Under the pieces are notes generated by a model. That model did no database searches. It had not been told where the DNA came from and was given only the letters and a program-made list of their open reading frames with translations. Made by a program: the position numbers and the translations under genes. Source: an uncultured delta proteobacterium (GTDB lineage: Bacteria > Desulfobacterota > Binatia > Binatales > Binataceae). Taken from it: a stretch of 64,000 nt of DNA. Each line of letters begins with the position of its first letter. The first letter of the stretch is position 1. This document shows positions 1-10,313 of this stretch, one piece after another. The stretch lies in assembly GCA_963724765.1 (NCBI GenBank), contig CAVRVY010000001.1, forward strand, positions 1,024,001 through 1,088,000, given 5' to 3'.

Positions 1-45
1 GGCTTGCGTTGTGGGTGGCAGCGCAAGATCCGGCCGGGAGGGGAC

Positions 46-1086
46 ATGATCTTTCGCGAATTGAACAACGCCAAGTGCAAGACCTACCTGCTCGCCTCCG
101 AAAGCATGGAGCGCGCGGTGATAATCGATCCGCTCAAGGACCGCGTCGAGCGCTACCTCGGCGTGCTGGCGTACCATCGGCTCAAGCTCGATTTGATCGT
201 CGACACCCATACGCACGCCGACCATCGCAGCGGCGCGCACGAGCTCTCGGAGCTCACGGACACTCCGGTTGCGATGCATCGGCGGGCCCCGGCGCCGCAC
301 GTCACGATGCACCTCGAGGACGGCCAGCGGCTGATCGTCGGCGACTTCGAGCTCAAGGTGCTCTACACGCCCGGCCATACTCCCGATTCGCTAAGCCTCT
401 ACGCCGAGGACCGTGTCTTCACCGGCGATTGCCTGCTCATTCACGGTACCGGGCGCGCCGACTTCGCGGGCGGCGACGCGGGCGAGCAGTACGACTCGAT
501 CACGCGCAGACTGTTCACGCTTCCTGATTCCACCCTGGTCTACCCGGCGCACGACTACCGCGGCCATAACCATTCCACGATCGGCGAAGAGAAGGGCTCC
601 AATCCGCGCGTGGCCGGACGCTCGCGCGAGGCCTACGTCGAGCTGATGAACAATCTCGGATTGCCCCTGCCCGAGGGGATCCAGGAGGCGCTGCAACCCA
701 ATCAGACCGAGATCGAAGCCGCTGCGATCCACTTTCCCACGCTCGCCCAGCTCAACTCGGTGCGCCAGCTTTCGCCGGCCGAAGTCGCCGAACGCGTCAA
801 CAGTACGGCCGCGCCGCTGTTGCTCGACGTGCGCGAGCCTGACGAATACGCGGGCGAGCTTGGGCATATCGCGGGCGCGCGGCTCATCCCGCTGCGCGAG
901 CTGCCTGAACGCGCGGAGGCGGAACTTGCGCCCTTCAAAGATAAAGACCTCGTGGTGATCTGCCGCGCGGGCGTGCGCAGCGTGACCGCGGCGGCGATTT
1001 TGACCGGTCTCGGCTTCGAGAAGGTCTACAGCATGAAGGGCGGGATGCTCGATTGGGACGACGCGCGCCTGCCCGTCGAGCGCTAG
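46..1086 (+). CDS. MBL-fold persulfide dioxygenase (ETHE1-like) fused to a C-terminal rhodanese domain
   Basis: THTHADH, TPGHT, FTGD and YPAHDY MBL motifs; C-terminal LLDVREPDEY...CRAGVRS rhodanese loop; GGGAGG RBS before ATG 46. Confidence 0.9.
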   Translation: MIFRELNNAKCKTYLLASESMERAVIIDPLKDRVERYLGVLAYHRLKLDLIVDTHTHADHRSGAHELSELTDTPVAMHRRAPAPHVTMHLEDGQRLIVGDFELKVLYTPGHTPDSLSLYAEDRVFTGDCLLIHGTGRADFAGGDAGEQYDSITRRLFTLPDSTLVYPAHDYRGHNHSTIGEEKGSNPRVAGRSREAYVELMNNLGLPLPEGIQEALQPNQTEIEAAAIHFPTLAQLNSVRQLSPAEVAERVNSTAAPLLLDVREPDEYAGELGHIAGARLIPLRELPERAEAELAPFKDKDLVVICRAGVRSVTAAAILTGLGFEKVYSMKGGMLDWDDARLPVER

Positions 1087-1128
1087 AGATCCGGAGCGCA
1101 CGGGGATCAGGGATCGCCAGGGATCGAG

Positions 1129-2349
1129 ATGACAGCGAGGAGAGCTTGCGCGAAGGTTAGCGATAGACACGTCCGGCTGCTCGCCCTGGCGCTGGTCAAC
1201 CTGGCGCTGTTCCTTACCGGATGCGGTCAGTCGCCGCAGAGCCTGGCCACGCGGTATCTCGCCGACCTGCAGCAGTTCAACTACCCGGCCTGCTACGCGA
1301 CGCTCACCGACGAGGACCGCGCCGCGCGCCCGCTTATGCAGTTCCTGACCGAGATTCCGCTGGCGCCCGACGTCGATCCGATCTGGTTTCGCGCTATCCT
1401 TTTCAGTACGCGCTACGAAGTCGGCCAGCCGCAGGTCAACGGCGAGCGCGCAGTGGTGCCGGTCAAGGTCACGATGCCCGATCTCACGCTGTGGGAGCGG
1501 ACGATCGACGCCAAGGCGGGTCCGCAGGATTCGCTCAACGCCGCCGCCGACAAGTCGCTCGAGGCCGGCCTCTATCCCAAGATCAGGTTCGAAGACGCGC
1601 TGGTGATGGTCAAGCAGCAGCATCAATGGCGCGTGGTGGCGGACTTCGCGCGCCGCGACCTGATCCGCGACGGCAATCGCGAGGCCGTCGGCATCTACCA
1701 TCGGCAGGACTATTCCCGGGCGGCGGCGGCCTACCAGGCATTGATCGATCAGCTCGGCAAGCAGGAGTTCAGCGGCAGCCGCGGACTGGAGTTCTTTTTC
1801 AAGCGCAGGCTCAAGATGATCGAAGACCTCCAGGCGCAGCTCCCGGCGGCACGCGCGTACATCCCCAGGCTCGTGCTCAGCGACGTCGCGGTGAAAATGT
1901 CAGAGACGCGCGTGCCAGCGATCTTCGGCCGCATCAATAACGCCGGCGACCGCGGCGTGGACGAGGTGCGGCTGACGGTGACCTACTACGCGGGGCGCGG
2001 CGCCCAAAGCAAGCTGCTTTACCAGGAGAGCCACAGCGTCGTCGTGACGCCAATCGAATTCACCGGTTTTGTCCGCCCGGTGCTGCCTTTCGTGCCTGGC
2101 GAGACCCGTGACTTCGGCTTCGAGCTGGTCGCGCCGGCGCAGATCCAACAGCAATCCGAACCGACTCTGACGGTGGGCTCGATTGTTTTCACGCAATCCA
2201 AGGCGCCGCTGCCAAGGCTCGCGATCGAAAACCTCGCTCCGGCGGCGCCGCAGCCCTCGGGGGCGCCGTCATCCGCACCTATGCGGTCCTCGCCGGCGCC
2301 TTCCACGCCGGCGCCGCCCCGGCCGCGCGCGACGCCGGGTCCGCACTAG
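1129..2349 (+). CDS. Hypothetical lipoprotein with Pro-rich C-terminus
   Basis: 406-aa ORF with a hydrophobic signal ending in lipobox LTGC; genome-typical codon usage. Confidence 0.7.
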   Translation: MTARRACAKVSDRHVRLLALALVNLALFLTGCGQSPQSLATRYLADLQQFNYPACYATLTDEDRAARPLMQFLTEIPLAPDVDPIWFRAILFSTRYEVGQPQVNGERAVVPVKVTMPDLTLWERTIDAKAGPQDSLNAAADKSLEAGLYPKIRFEDALVMVKQQHQWRVVADFARRDLIRDGNREAVGIYHRQDYSRAAAAYQALIDQLGKQEFSGSRGLEFFFKRRLKMIEDLQAQLPAARAYIPRLVLSDVAVKMSETRVPAIFGRINNAGDRGVDEVRLTVTYYAGRGAQSKLLYQESHSVVVTPIEFTGFVRPVLPFVPGETRDFGFELVAPAQIQQQSEPTLTVGSIVFTQSKAPLPRLAIENLAPAAPQPSGAPSSAPMRSSPAPSTPAPPRPRATPGPH

Positions 2350-2353
2350 ACAA

Positions 2354-3277
2354 TTGGCTACTCGTCTCACGCTCGCGGTTCCCACTCATAATCGCGCGGC
2401 CACGCTCGGCGAAACCCTGGCGAGCCTCGCGGCGCAGAGTCTGCCCGCGGGTGGGGAGGCGGAATGCATCGTGATCGATAACAACTCGACCGACCGCACT
2501 CCCGCGGTGGTCGCGGCGGCCGCCGCACGCGCGCCGTTTGCGATGCGCCGCGTGTTCGAGGCGCGCCCCGGCTCGAGCTTCGCGCGCAACCGCGCGGTCG
2601 ACGAGGCGGCGGGCGACTTTATCCTGTTCATCGACGACGACGCGGTAGCCGATTCCAACTGGGCGGCGCTGATGCTGGACGCGATGGAGCGGCGCGGACT
2701 CGACGCGGCGTGCGGGATGGTGCTGCCGCGATGGGAAGTCATGCCGCCGCGATGGCTGGGGCCGTCGTTGTACGTGCGCTTCGCGGTGCACGACCAGCAC
2801 GCGATCGCGGCCGCGCCCCTTAAGGACGCCGAAGTTCTGCGCAACTACTTCAGCGCCAATGCCGGCTTTCGCCGCGAGTGCTTTACGCGCTTCGGCCGTT
2901 TCCGCGAGGACCTGGGCGTGGTCGGCGGCAACCCGATCTCTGGCGAGGACACGGAACTGTTCGCGCGGATCATCGAGGGCGGCGGCGCGATGGGTTTCGT
3001 TGCCGAGGCGCGGGTTCATCACCTGGTGCCGGCCACGCGTATGAATCCCAAGTACCTGCGGCACAAGGCCTTCGCCTTCGGTGTGGGTACGGCGCAGGCG
3101 GGCGGCCGGAGCCATAATCATCTCGACAAGCTGCTCCGCAACGCGATACGGATGGCGGCGGCGGCGGCGCGCGGCGATCGTGAACGCGCGCTCTGCCACG
3201 AGTTGGAGTGCGCGAACTTCTTCGGCTACTGGTGGGGGCGGCTTCCCAAGCGCGCTGCGCCGCCGGCGAGCCGTTGA
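2354..3277 (+). CDS. Glycosyltransferase family 2
   Basis: LAVPTHNRA, VIDNNSTDRT, ARN, FIDDD and GEDTE GT2 motifs; TTG start just after the upstream stop. Confidence 0.88.
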   Translation: MATRLTLAVPTHNRAATLGETLASLAAQSLPAGGEAECIVIDNNSTDRTPAVVAAAAARAPFAMRRVFEARPGSSFARNRAVDEAAGDFILFIDDDAVADSNWAALMLDAMERRGLDAACGMVLPRWEVMPPRWLGPSLYVRFAVHDQHAIAAAPLKDAEVLRNYFSANAGFRRECFTRFGRFREDLGVVGGNPISGEDTELFARIIEGGGAMGFVAEARVHHLVPATRMNPKYLRHKAFAFGVGTAQAGGRSHNHLDKLLRNAIRMAAAAARGDRERALCHELECANFFGYWWGRLPKRAAPPASR

Positions 3278-3352
3278 ACGCGCCGGGAGCGTGTCTTTTC
3301 AGCCGCCGATTATGAAGTCATAATCGTAGGCGACAATTTGCCGAGGCAATCG

Positions 3353-3841
3353 ATGAGTCTCAGGGACAAACTGCTGAGCGAGACCCGTCAGGATCGCGAG
3401 GCGCGCGAGCGTCAGGAGGCCGAGGAGCGTTCGCAAGGGGTTTTGCACAAGATGGTGGAAGCGATGCGGTCGCTCTGCCATCTGGTAGCCAACGACTTCC
3501 TGGGTGAGTACGAAAAAGAGCGTCTGGCGACGGTCCGGCCGCTCACGATGAAGATGGAAAACCCGGCGCTGAAGGGCGTCTTTTTTCCCTATCTTGCGGT
3601 CGTCGCGCGGAGCGTCGAGGTGACCCTCAAGCCGGTCGGTCCTGTGTTTGGCATTCCATTCCGCGCGGACCTGTCAAATGAGTCGGCGACTTATGCACTG
3701 CTGTGGGATGGTGCCGGGACCCTGGTGCACAACTGGAAAATCGCTAGCGTGGACAAGGACGCCGTCCTTCAACGCGAGCAGGCCAAGGTGCTTACCAAGG
3801 AGAATTTCGAGGCAGCGTTCGAGAAACTCCTCGGCTTCTAA
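3353..3841 (+). CDS. Hypothetical protein
   Basis: Globular-looking ORF with an N-terminal charged helix; GAGG RBS upstream of ATG 3353. Confidence 0.65.
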   Translation: MSLRDKLLSETRQDREARERQEAEERSQGVLHKMVEAMRSLCHLVANDFLGEYEKERLATVRPLTMKMENPALKGVFFPYLAVVARSVEVTLKPVGPVFGIPFRADLSNESATYALLWDGAGTLVHNWKIASVDKDAVLQREQAKVLTKENFEAAFEKLLGF

Positions 3842-4012
3842 CGAATCCTCCTTTTCATCTTGAGCGACGCGACTCTGCGAAGTCCTTCGACTGCGGCAGA
3901 CTGAAGAAAGAAAGCTCTACCGAAGAGGCAGACTCGCTGCGCTTCAGGAGGGCCGCGGACGGCCGGTGCTGCACCGAGGGCATTTCGTGAGCGGCCCTCG
4001 GTATTCAGATTT

Positions 4013-4429
4013 CTACTTCAGATAATCCAGCATTCCGCGCCGCAGCATCCCTTCCAGGTAAGGAATCACGTCGCTCATCCGCGCGAGCGCGTCCACCGTT
4101 ACCCATCGGCCTTCGGCGTGCTCGCCAGGCATGAGGACAAGTTCGCGGCGCGCATCCGCCGGCCGGCATGCGAAAAGCGCCTGCACGTACGGATCCGGCG
4201 GCTCCTTGTAGAGCCCGAGCGCGCGCTCGATCTCAATCGCAAGTCCGGTCTCCTCGCCGACTTCGCGCGCGAGGCACTCCTCGAAGCTCTCGCCGAGCGT
4301 CAGATGGCCGCCGGGGAGGTCCCAATGGCCCGGCCGGTACGGCATCCGGGCCGCGCGCCGCAGCACCACTAGGCGTCCGCGGTCGGCGATTATGCCGTGT
4401 ACTCCGATCCAAAACTGCGACTCCGCCAT
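4013..4429 (-). CDS. NUDIX hydrolase
   Basis: Nudix box PGGHLTLGESFEECLAREVGEETGL. Confidence 0.9.
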   Translation of the reverse strand: MAESQFWIGVHGIIADRGRLVVLRRAARMPYRPGHWDLPGGHLTLGESFEECLAREVGEETGLAIEIERALGLYKEPPDPYVQALFACRPADARRELVLMPGEHAEGRWVTVDALARMSDVIPYLEGMLRRGMLDYLK

Positions 4430-4570
4430 CTGATTTCCGCTCTGCGCGTCTGTGCTCTGCGCGTCTCTCTTCGGTTCGTGTGAAAAGCGTGCGTCCAGAG
4501 TAATCGCGCGGTACGGCCTGCGCCAGCATGGCGCACGCGTCGCGCATCGGCGCGGCGGAGCGCGCCGGCG

Positions 4571-6172
4571 TCAGCGGGGGCGGATGGGGCCGCGCGGCGC
4601 GCGGCCCCATCCGCCCCCGCCGGGAGTTTCGATTCGCACGCGCTCGCCCGCCGCCAGCCGCTCGTTGGCCTTGCCGGGCAGCCGGAGTCGCCGCCCATCG
4701 CGCACCAGGTAATTCGCGCCGGACTTGCCGGGACCGCCGCCGGCAAGCCCCCACGGCTGTGTGATGCGCCGGTCGGTCAGCAGGCTCAGCGTCGCCGGCA
4801 CCAGGCACTCCAGCTCGCGAATCAGTCCGTCGCCGCCCGGGGCCGCGCCGCGGCCGCCGGAGCCGCGCCGCACCCGGTACTCGGTGACGCGCATCGGGTA
4901 GTATGCTTCCAGCGCCTCGATCGGCGTGTTGAGCGTGTTGGTCATGTGCGTATGAAGGCCGGCGGCGCCCGGATGGCCGGGGGCCGCGCCGGCGCCGCCG
5001 GCGATCGTTTCGTAGTAAGAGAAATGCCGCGCGCGGATCGAGTCGTAGCCGCCGAGTGTCATGTTCGACATCGAGCCCGAGCTTGCCGCCGGGATGCAGT
5101 CGGGCGCGGCAGCGGCCAGCGCGCGCAGCAGAACATCCACGATTCGCTGCGAAGTCTCGACGTTGCCGCCCGCCACCGCGGCGGGTGCGAGCGCGTTAAC
5201 GATCGAACCGGGCGGCGCGATCACCCGGATCGGCCGCATCAGCCCCTCATTCGCCGGCACCGCCTCCGCGGCCAGGCATTTCATCACGTAGAAGGTCGCC
5301 GACAGCGTGATCGCGTAGTTGGCGTTCACCGAGCCGCGCACCTGCGGCGCGGAGCCGGTGAAATCGACGATCGCGCGACCGCCGCCGATCCGAATCGCAA
5401 CCCGGATTGCGATCGGTCCAGTGCCGACGCCGTCGTCGTCAAGGTAATCGACCGCGCCGTATAGACCCGGCCGCAGACGGCGAAGCGTCGCGCGCATCAG
5501 GCGGTCCGCGTAATCCTTTAGCGCCGCCATCGCCGCAGCCACCTGCGCTCGCCCGCTTGTCGCCACCAGCCCGCGCAGCCGCTCGGCGCCGATGTTGAGC
5601 GCCGCGATTTGCGCGCGCAGGTCGCCCTCGCGTTCCTCGCGCACTCGCGTGTTGGCGAAGAACAGTTCCAGCACGTCGCGCGCCGGCTTGCCCGCGCGCA
5701 CCAAGTGAACCGGCGGCAGGCGGAAGCCCTCCTGGTAAATCTCGGTGGAGAGCGCCATCGAGCCCGGCGCCATCCCGCCGATATCCGCGTGATGGGCGCG
5801 GTTGGCGGCGAACGCGAATGGGTGGCGCTCGTTGCCAAGGAAGATCGGCGCTACCAGGGTCAGGTCCGGCAGATGCGTTCCGCCCGCGAATGGATCATTG
5901 ACCGCGGCAACGTCGCCCGGGCCGAGCTCCAGCCGTTCGATCGCGGCGCGCACGGAAAGCGGCGTGGAGCCGAGATGCACTGGAATATGCGCGGCCTGCG
6001 CGACCAGTTCACCGCCGCCGTCGAACAGCGCGCACGAAAAATCATGGCGCTCCTTGATGTTGGGCGAGAAGCCAGTCTGGCCCAGCACGACGCCCATCTC
6101 CTCGGCGATTGCGGCGAGGCGGTTGTTCATCACCGCAAGCGTCACCGGATCGAGACTCATCGCGCGCTTCAT
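4571..6172 (-). CDS. Hydantoinase B / 5-oxoprolinase family subunit
   Basis: FSPNIKERHDFSCALFD, HIPVHLGS, NDPFAGGTHLPD, HTHMTNTLNTPIE and ETPGGGGWG motifs. Confidence 0.93.
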   Translation of the reverse strand: MKRAMSLDPVTLAVMNNRLAAIAEEMGVVLGQTGFSPNIKERHDFSCALFDGGGELVAQAAHIPVHLGSTPLSVRAAIERLELGPGDVAAVNDPFAGGTHLPDLTLVAPIFLGNERHPFAFAANRAHHADIGGMAPGSMALSTEIYQEGFRLPPVHLVRAGKPARDVLELFFANTRVREEREGDLRAQIAALNIGAERLRGLVATSGRAQVAAAMAALKDYADRLMRATLRRLRPGLYGAVDYLDDDGVGTGPIAIRVAIRIGGGRAIVDFTGSAPQVRGSVNANYAITLSATFYVMKCLAAEAVPANEGLMRPIRVIAPPGSIVNALAPAAVAGGNVETSQRIVDVLLRALAAAAPDCIPAASSGSMSNMTLGGYDSIRARHFSYYETIAGGAGAAPGHPGAAGLHTHMTNTLNTPIEALEAYYPMRVTEYRVRRGSGGRGAAPGGDGLIRELECLVPATLSLLTDRRITQPWGLAGGGPGKSGANYLVRDGRRLRLPGKANERLAAGERVRIETPGGGGWGRAPRGPIRPR

Positions 6173-6174
6173 CG

Positions 6175-8182
6175 TTAAATCTCCAGGTGCAGGTTGCCGA
6201 AGCCGTCGGCACGCAATGTGAACTCGGGCGCGACGTAGGCAGTGGCGCTGAGTTCGACCACGATCGCCGGTCCGCGAATTCTGACGCCCGCGCCGATTGC
6301 GTCGCGCGCGTATACCGGCACTGCTCGCGCGTGTCCGTGGGCGATGACTTTGATTCGGCGCACGGGCGACGGTGGCGTCCGCCCACGCGAGCGCGCAAGA
6401 CGCTCGGGTGCGGCGTTAGCGCCGGGCGCGGTCGCGCGCAGGCGCAAATTGACGACTTCGACCGCCGCCTCGGGGGCGGCGTAGCCGAAGGTGTGGCGAT
6501 GGGCCGCGTGGAAGTCTGCGGCGAAGCGCGGGGTAAGCCGCACCTCGATTTCGTAAGATTGGCCGCGGTAGCGCACGTCGGCAAAAAGCTCGACGCGGAT
6601 TTGGGCGGGGCGCGCGCCTTCCGTCGCGAGTTCGCGCCGCGCCCGCGTGAGCATCGGGGCCGCGCGCGCGACGAGGCGGCGGGCAAGGCGGCGGTAGTTG
6701 GGCGAGGTCTCGCGCACGGTGAGCGAGTATTCGCGTCCCAGCGGCGCTTGCAACGCGCCCCACGCGCACAGCAATCCGGGATTGCGCGGCAGCACGATAT
6801 GCCGGATGCCGAGGTCGAGCGCCAGTTCGCAGGCGTGCATCGGGCCCGCCCCGCCAAAGGCCATCAGCGCGAAATCGCGCGGGTCGAAGCCGCGCTCGAC
6901 GGTTATCACGCGCACCGCGCGTTCCATGTTGGCGTTGACCACGCGGATAACGCCGCTGCGCTGCGCCGATCGCGTCCGTGCGCATCGCACGGCCGAGCGC
7001 GGCAATCGCTTTTGCAGCGCGCGCGGGATAAAGGCGCATCGCGCCGCCCAGGAAATTCTCCGGCACCAGCCGCCCCGCAACCAGGTTGGCGTCGGTGACG
7101 GTCGGCGCCTCGCCGCGTCCATAGCAGGCCGGCCCCGGATCGGCGCCGGCGCTTTCGGGGCCGACCTTGAGCGAGCCGCCAGCGTCGACCGCCGCGATCG
7201 AGCCGCCGCCTGCGCCGACGGTGTGGATGTCGATAACCGGGGTGCGGACGGCGTAGCCGCCGGGGTAGCTGAGCGTGCGGATTGCGGCGCGGCCGTCGAA
7301 CAGAGAGACGTCGGTCGAGGTGCCGCCCATGTCGAAAGTGATGAAGCGATCGACGCCGGTTGCACGCACCAGCGCAGCCGCGCCGATCACGCCGGCGGCG
7401 GGGCCGGAAAGGATCGTGCGGACCGGTTCGTCGCGGGCGAGCCGCGCGCCGATCGCGCTGCCGTTGGATTGCATCACGCGCAGGCGTGCCGCGCGCAGAT
7501 CGCGCTCCAGCCGCCCGAGATGGGAGGACATCCGCGGCGCCACGTACGCGTTGACCACGGTGGTCGAGAGCCGCTCGAACTCGCGGTATTCGGCGAGGAT
7601 GCGATGGGAAATCGAAAGCGGGAGGCCAAGCGGAGTGAGCGCGCGCGCAAGCCGCTGTTCGCTCGCGGAATTGGCGTAAGAATGGAGCAGGCAGACGGCG
7701 ATCGAGTCGGCGCGGCTTGAAGCGGCGGCGCGACGCACGCGGTTAAGCTCGGCGGCGGTGAGGCCGAGCGCAACCTTGCCGTCGAAGTAAGTCCGCTCGG
7801 CGACGCCCAGGCGCATCGCACGCGCGACCAGCGGCTCCGGGCGCTCCGGCGCGAGCGAATAGAGATCGCTGCGGTTCTGACGGCCGATCTCGATAAGGTC
7901 CTCAAAACCGGCGTTGGTCAGCAGCAGGACGCGCGCGCCCTTGCGCTCGAGCAGCGCGTTGGTCGCCACGGTCGAGCTGTAAGTGACCAAATCGGGGAGC
8001 AGGTCGCGATGCGGTTCGTGCTGCACGCCTTCAAGCATCGCTTTAAGTCCGACAATAACCGCGCGCGCGGGGTCGTCGGGCGTCGAGAGCACCTTATGCA
8101 CACGGAGGTGTCCGCCGACGATCGCGACCAGGTCGGTGAACGTGCCGCCCGTATCGATTCCGATGATAACGGTCGTAGCCAT
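6175..8182 (-). pseudogene. Hydantoinase A / 5-oxoprolinase family subunit, frameshifted near 6955-6965 (pseudogene or sequencing error)
   Basis: The N-terminal part (GIDTGGTFTD, DMGGTSTDV, GPESAGADPGPACYG) is in ORF 6416..8335 and the C-terminal part (GVIRVVNANMERA, FGGAGPMHA, RYRGQSYE) in ORF 6175..7365; one extra base in GCAGCGCAGCGGC. Confidence 0.85.
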
Positions 8183-9129
8183 CAGGGCTTGAGCAATACC
8201 TTGAAGTTTGACGAGCGTCCGGCGGCGGCGAAAGCGGCCAGCGCGTCGTCGAGCGCAAAGGTGCTCGAGATCAACGGTCGCGGATCGACCTTTCCCGAAG
8301 CGAGCGCCACGATCGCCGGCCCGAACCGGCCGCATCGCGAGCCCACGATCGTGATTTCGTTGATCACCGACTGGGCCAGGTTGAGCGCGGCGCCGGCGGC
8401 GGCAGTGCTCTTGAGAATTATCGTGCCGCGCGGGCGCACCAGCGCGAGCGCGCGGTTAAGTCCGGCGCTGTGCCCCGTGCAATCAATCACCACGTCGAAA
8501 CCCGGATCGATCTCATCTTCAAGTTGCACTTTAAGTCCGAGCGCGGCCAGGCGATCGAGCTTGTCGCGATGATGTCCGACGAGCAGGGGCGCATAGTCCT
8601 CGGCGCGGAGCACGATTGCCGCAAGCGCGCCGAGCCGCCCGTCGCCGAGCACGGCGATCTTGTGGTCGCGCGGCAACCTGGTTTGCTCGAAGATCTCATA
8701 GATGGCCGCGACCGGTTCGACGAAGACGCCAAGCTCGTCGGATAATGAATCGGGCAGGACGATCAGGTTTTCGTCGGGCAGCCGGAGGTACTCGGCGAAC
8801 GCGCCGTCGCGGCCGACGATCCCGAGCACGGTGCGGCTGGGGCAATGGCGTCCCAGGCCCTCGAGGCACCAAGCGCATCGCCCGCATGACGCATTGATTT
8901 CGCCCACCACGCGGCATCCCGCGAGCGCGCCGGTTCGGGTGTCGACGACATCACCGACGAACTCATGGCCCGGCACGCCGCGATACGACATGTACCCGCG
9001 CGCCAATTCGAGATCGGTGCCGCATATTCCGGCCATCCGCACGCGCACGATACTTTCGCCCGGCGCAGACGCGGGATCGGGATAGTCGTTACGCACGACC
9101 AGTTGGCGATCGAGCAGCAGTGCGCGCAT
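8182..9129 (-). CDS. Zinc-dependent alcohol dehydrogenase (MDR family)
   Basis: GICGTD, GHEFVG, CGRCAWC...HC structural Zn cluster, GDGRLG; TGATG overlap with the hydantoinase A start. Confidence 0.9.
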   Translation of the reverse strand: MRALLLDRQLVVRNDYPDPASAPGESIVRVRMAGICGTDLELARGYMSYRGVPGHEFVGDVVDTRTGALAGCRVVGEINASCGRCAWCLEGLGRHCPSRTVLGIVGRDGAFAEYLRLPDENLIVLPDSLSDELGVFVEPVAAIYEIFEQTRLPRDHKIAVLGDGRLGALAAIVLRAEDYAPLLVGHHRDKLDRLAALGLKVQLEDEIDPGFDVVIDCTGHSAGLNRALALVRPRGTIILKSTAAAGAALNLAQSVINEITIVGSRCGRFGPAIVALASGKVDPRPLISSTFALDDALAAFAAAGRSSNFKVLLKP

Positions 9130-9179
9130 CGGCCGATTGAAACAAAAAAGCCGCCAGGTCCGCTACTGGAGCGAGTCCG

Positions 9180-9320
9180 CTATTTACGGTCGGAATCTTG
9201 GCGACGCGCTGTCGGCCTAAGCAATGAGTCAACGAACCACAGGGCGACGACGCTTAGAAGAACCGCGAGCCACAAACGCATCGACGCGCGAGATTGGGGA
9301 GGTTTTTTTTCGTCGTCCAC
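9180..9320 (-). CDS. Putative 46-aa single-pass membrane protein (not in ORF track)
   Basis: GTG..TAG gives MDDEKKPPQSRASMRLWLAVLLSVVALWFVDSLLRPTARRQDSDRK, with one hydrophobic helix flanked by charged ends. Confidence 0.45.
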   Translation of the reverse strand: MDDEKKPPQSRASMRLWLAVLLSVVALWFVDSLLRPTARRQDSDRK

Positions 9321-9493
9321 TGTTAGGGACTGCTGTCTCGGGGCGGCGGCAAACGCGCTTTAAGCTAAGCATTACGCGTACCAGCTAACAGAGGAATCAA
9401 ATGGCCGATCTTTTGCAAAAACTGCTTCTGTGGCGTTGCGGGAGTGCAACCCGCGCCATCAAAATGCCTCAGAAGCGAGACGAGGCCCTGAAT

Positions 9494-9865
9494 TCAGTCG
9501 GAGGATTTGGTTTTCGTGCTTTTTTCGGAGGAAGACGATCCGCTGCTCTTGTCCGAATTGCCGCTCTTTTCCGACGAACCCGACGAAGCGGTCGCGGTGG
9601 AAGAGCCGTTGGCGCCGTTGCTCGCGGATTCGGCGGCGGGCTTGTCGCTGGATTTGTCGCTCGAGGAGTCGGCGGATTTGCCGCTGCCCGAGCGGGCGTA
9701 GTCCGTGGCGTACCATCCCGAGCCTTTAAGCACGAACGAGGTGGCGGAAATCATCCGCTCGACCTTGCTCTTGCACGTCGGGCAGCGCTTAAGCGGCGGC
9801 TCGGTGATGCGCTGCGTCGTCTCGAAGGTTCCGCACTTGGGGCAACGATACTCGTATATGGGCAT
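9494..9865 (-). CDS. FmdB-family zinc-ribbon protein
   Basis: [12 protein letters not shown]...CPTC...[13 protein letters not shown] followed by a Ser-rich tail. Confidence 0.9.
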   Translation of the reverse strand: MPIYEYRCPKCGTFETTQRITEPPLKRCPTCKSKVERMISATSFVLKGSGWYATDYARSGSGKSADSSSDKSSDKPAAESASNGANGSSTATASSGSSEKSGNSDKSSGSSSSEKSTKTKSSD

Positions 9866-9991
9866 TTCGGTTGATGGATCGGCTTCTGACGCTCTTGTGC
9901 CTTAGGTAATCACGCCCCGCAGCCTTGTCAATTAGCCTTAGCCGGCCATGACTCGCTGGGGATTGTCACTTCACTCTCCATCTTCCCAGAA

Positions 9992-10252
9992 TCAGGTCCG
10001 CGATGCCATCGCGGCCACTCTCGTGGCAATCGCGGCCGGATCGTCGCAGGTTATCCGAAGCAACTTCTGCCGCGCCGTCGCACCCGCGACCAGCTCCACC
10101 GCCGAGCGCGCGACGCCGGCTATCCGCGCGACCGTCTCGATAAGCTCCGCGTTGGCCTTGCCGCGCTCGGGCGCGGCCGCGACACCGATCACCAGGCCGC
10201 GCGGGTCGACCCGCAATATCCCGACGCGCGAGGCGCCGGGCCGCGCCATCAC
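9992..10252 (-). CDS. DUF167 (YggU) family protein; true start probably further upstream
   Basis: ARPGASR...VAAAPERGKANAELI...GATARQK; position after yggT. Confidence 0.8.
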   Translation of the reverse strand: MMARPGASRVGILRVDPRGLVIGVAAAPERGKANAELIETVARIAGVARSAVELVAGATARQKLLRITCDDPAAIATRVAAMASRT

Positions 10253-10313
10253 CTTGAGCGTAACCGAGCCGGCGCCGGCACTCAGCCAGGGGGGAATCGG
10301 ACGATTTTGTGAA

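Noticed and set aside
46-1086. Dioxygenase-rhodanese fusion as a novelty
   Set aside because: Persulfide dioxygenase-rhodanese fusions are already described.
3895-3945. Hammerhead-like CTGAAGA...GAAA core
   Set aside because: No stem II between the motifs and no UH cleavage site closing stem III.
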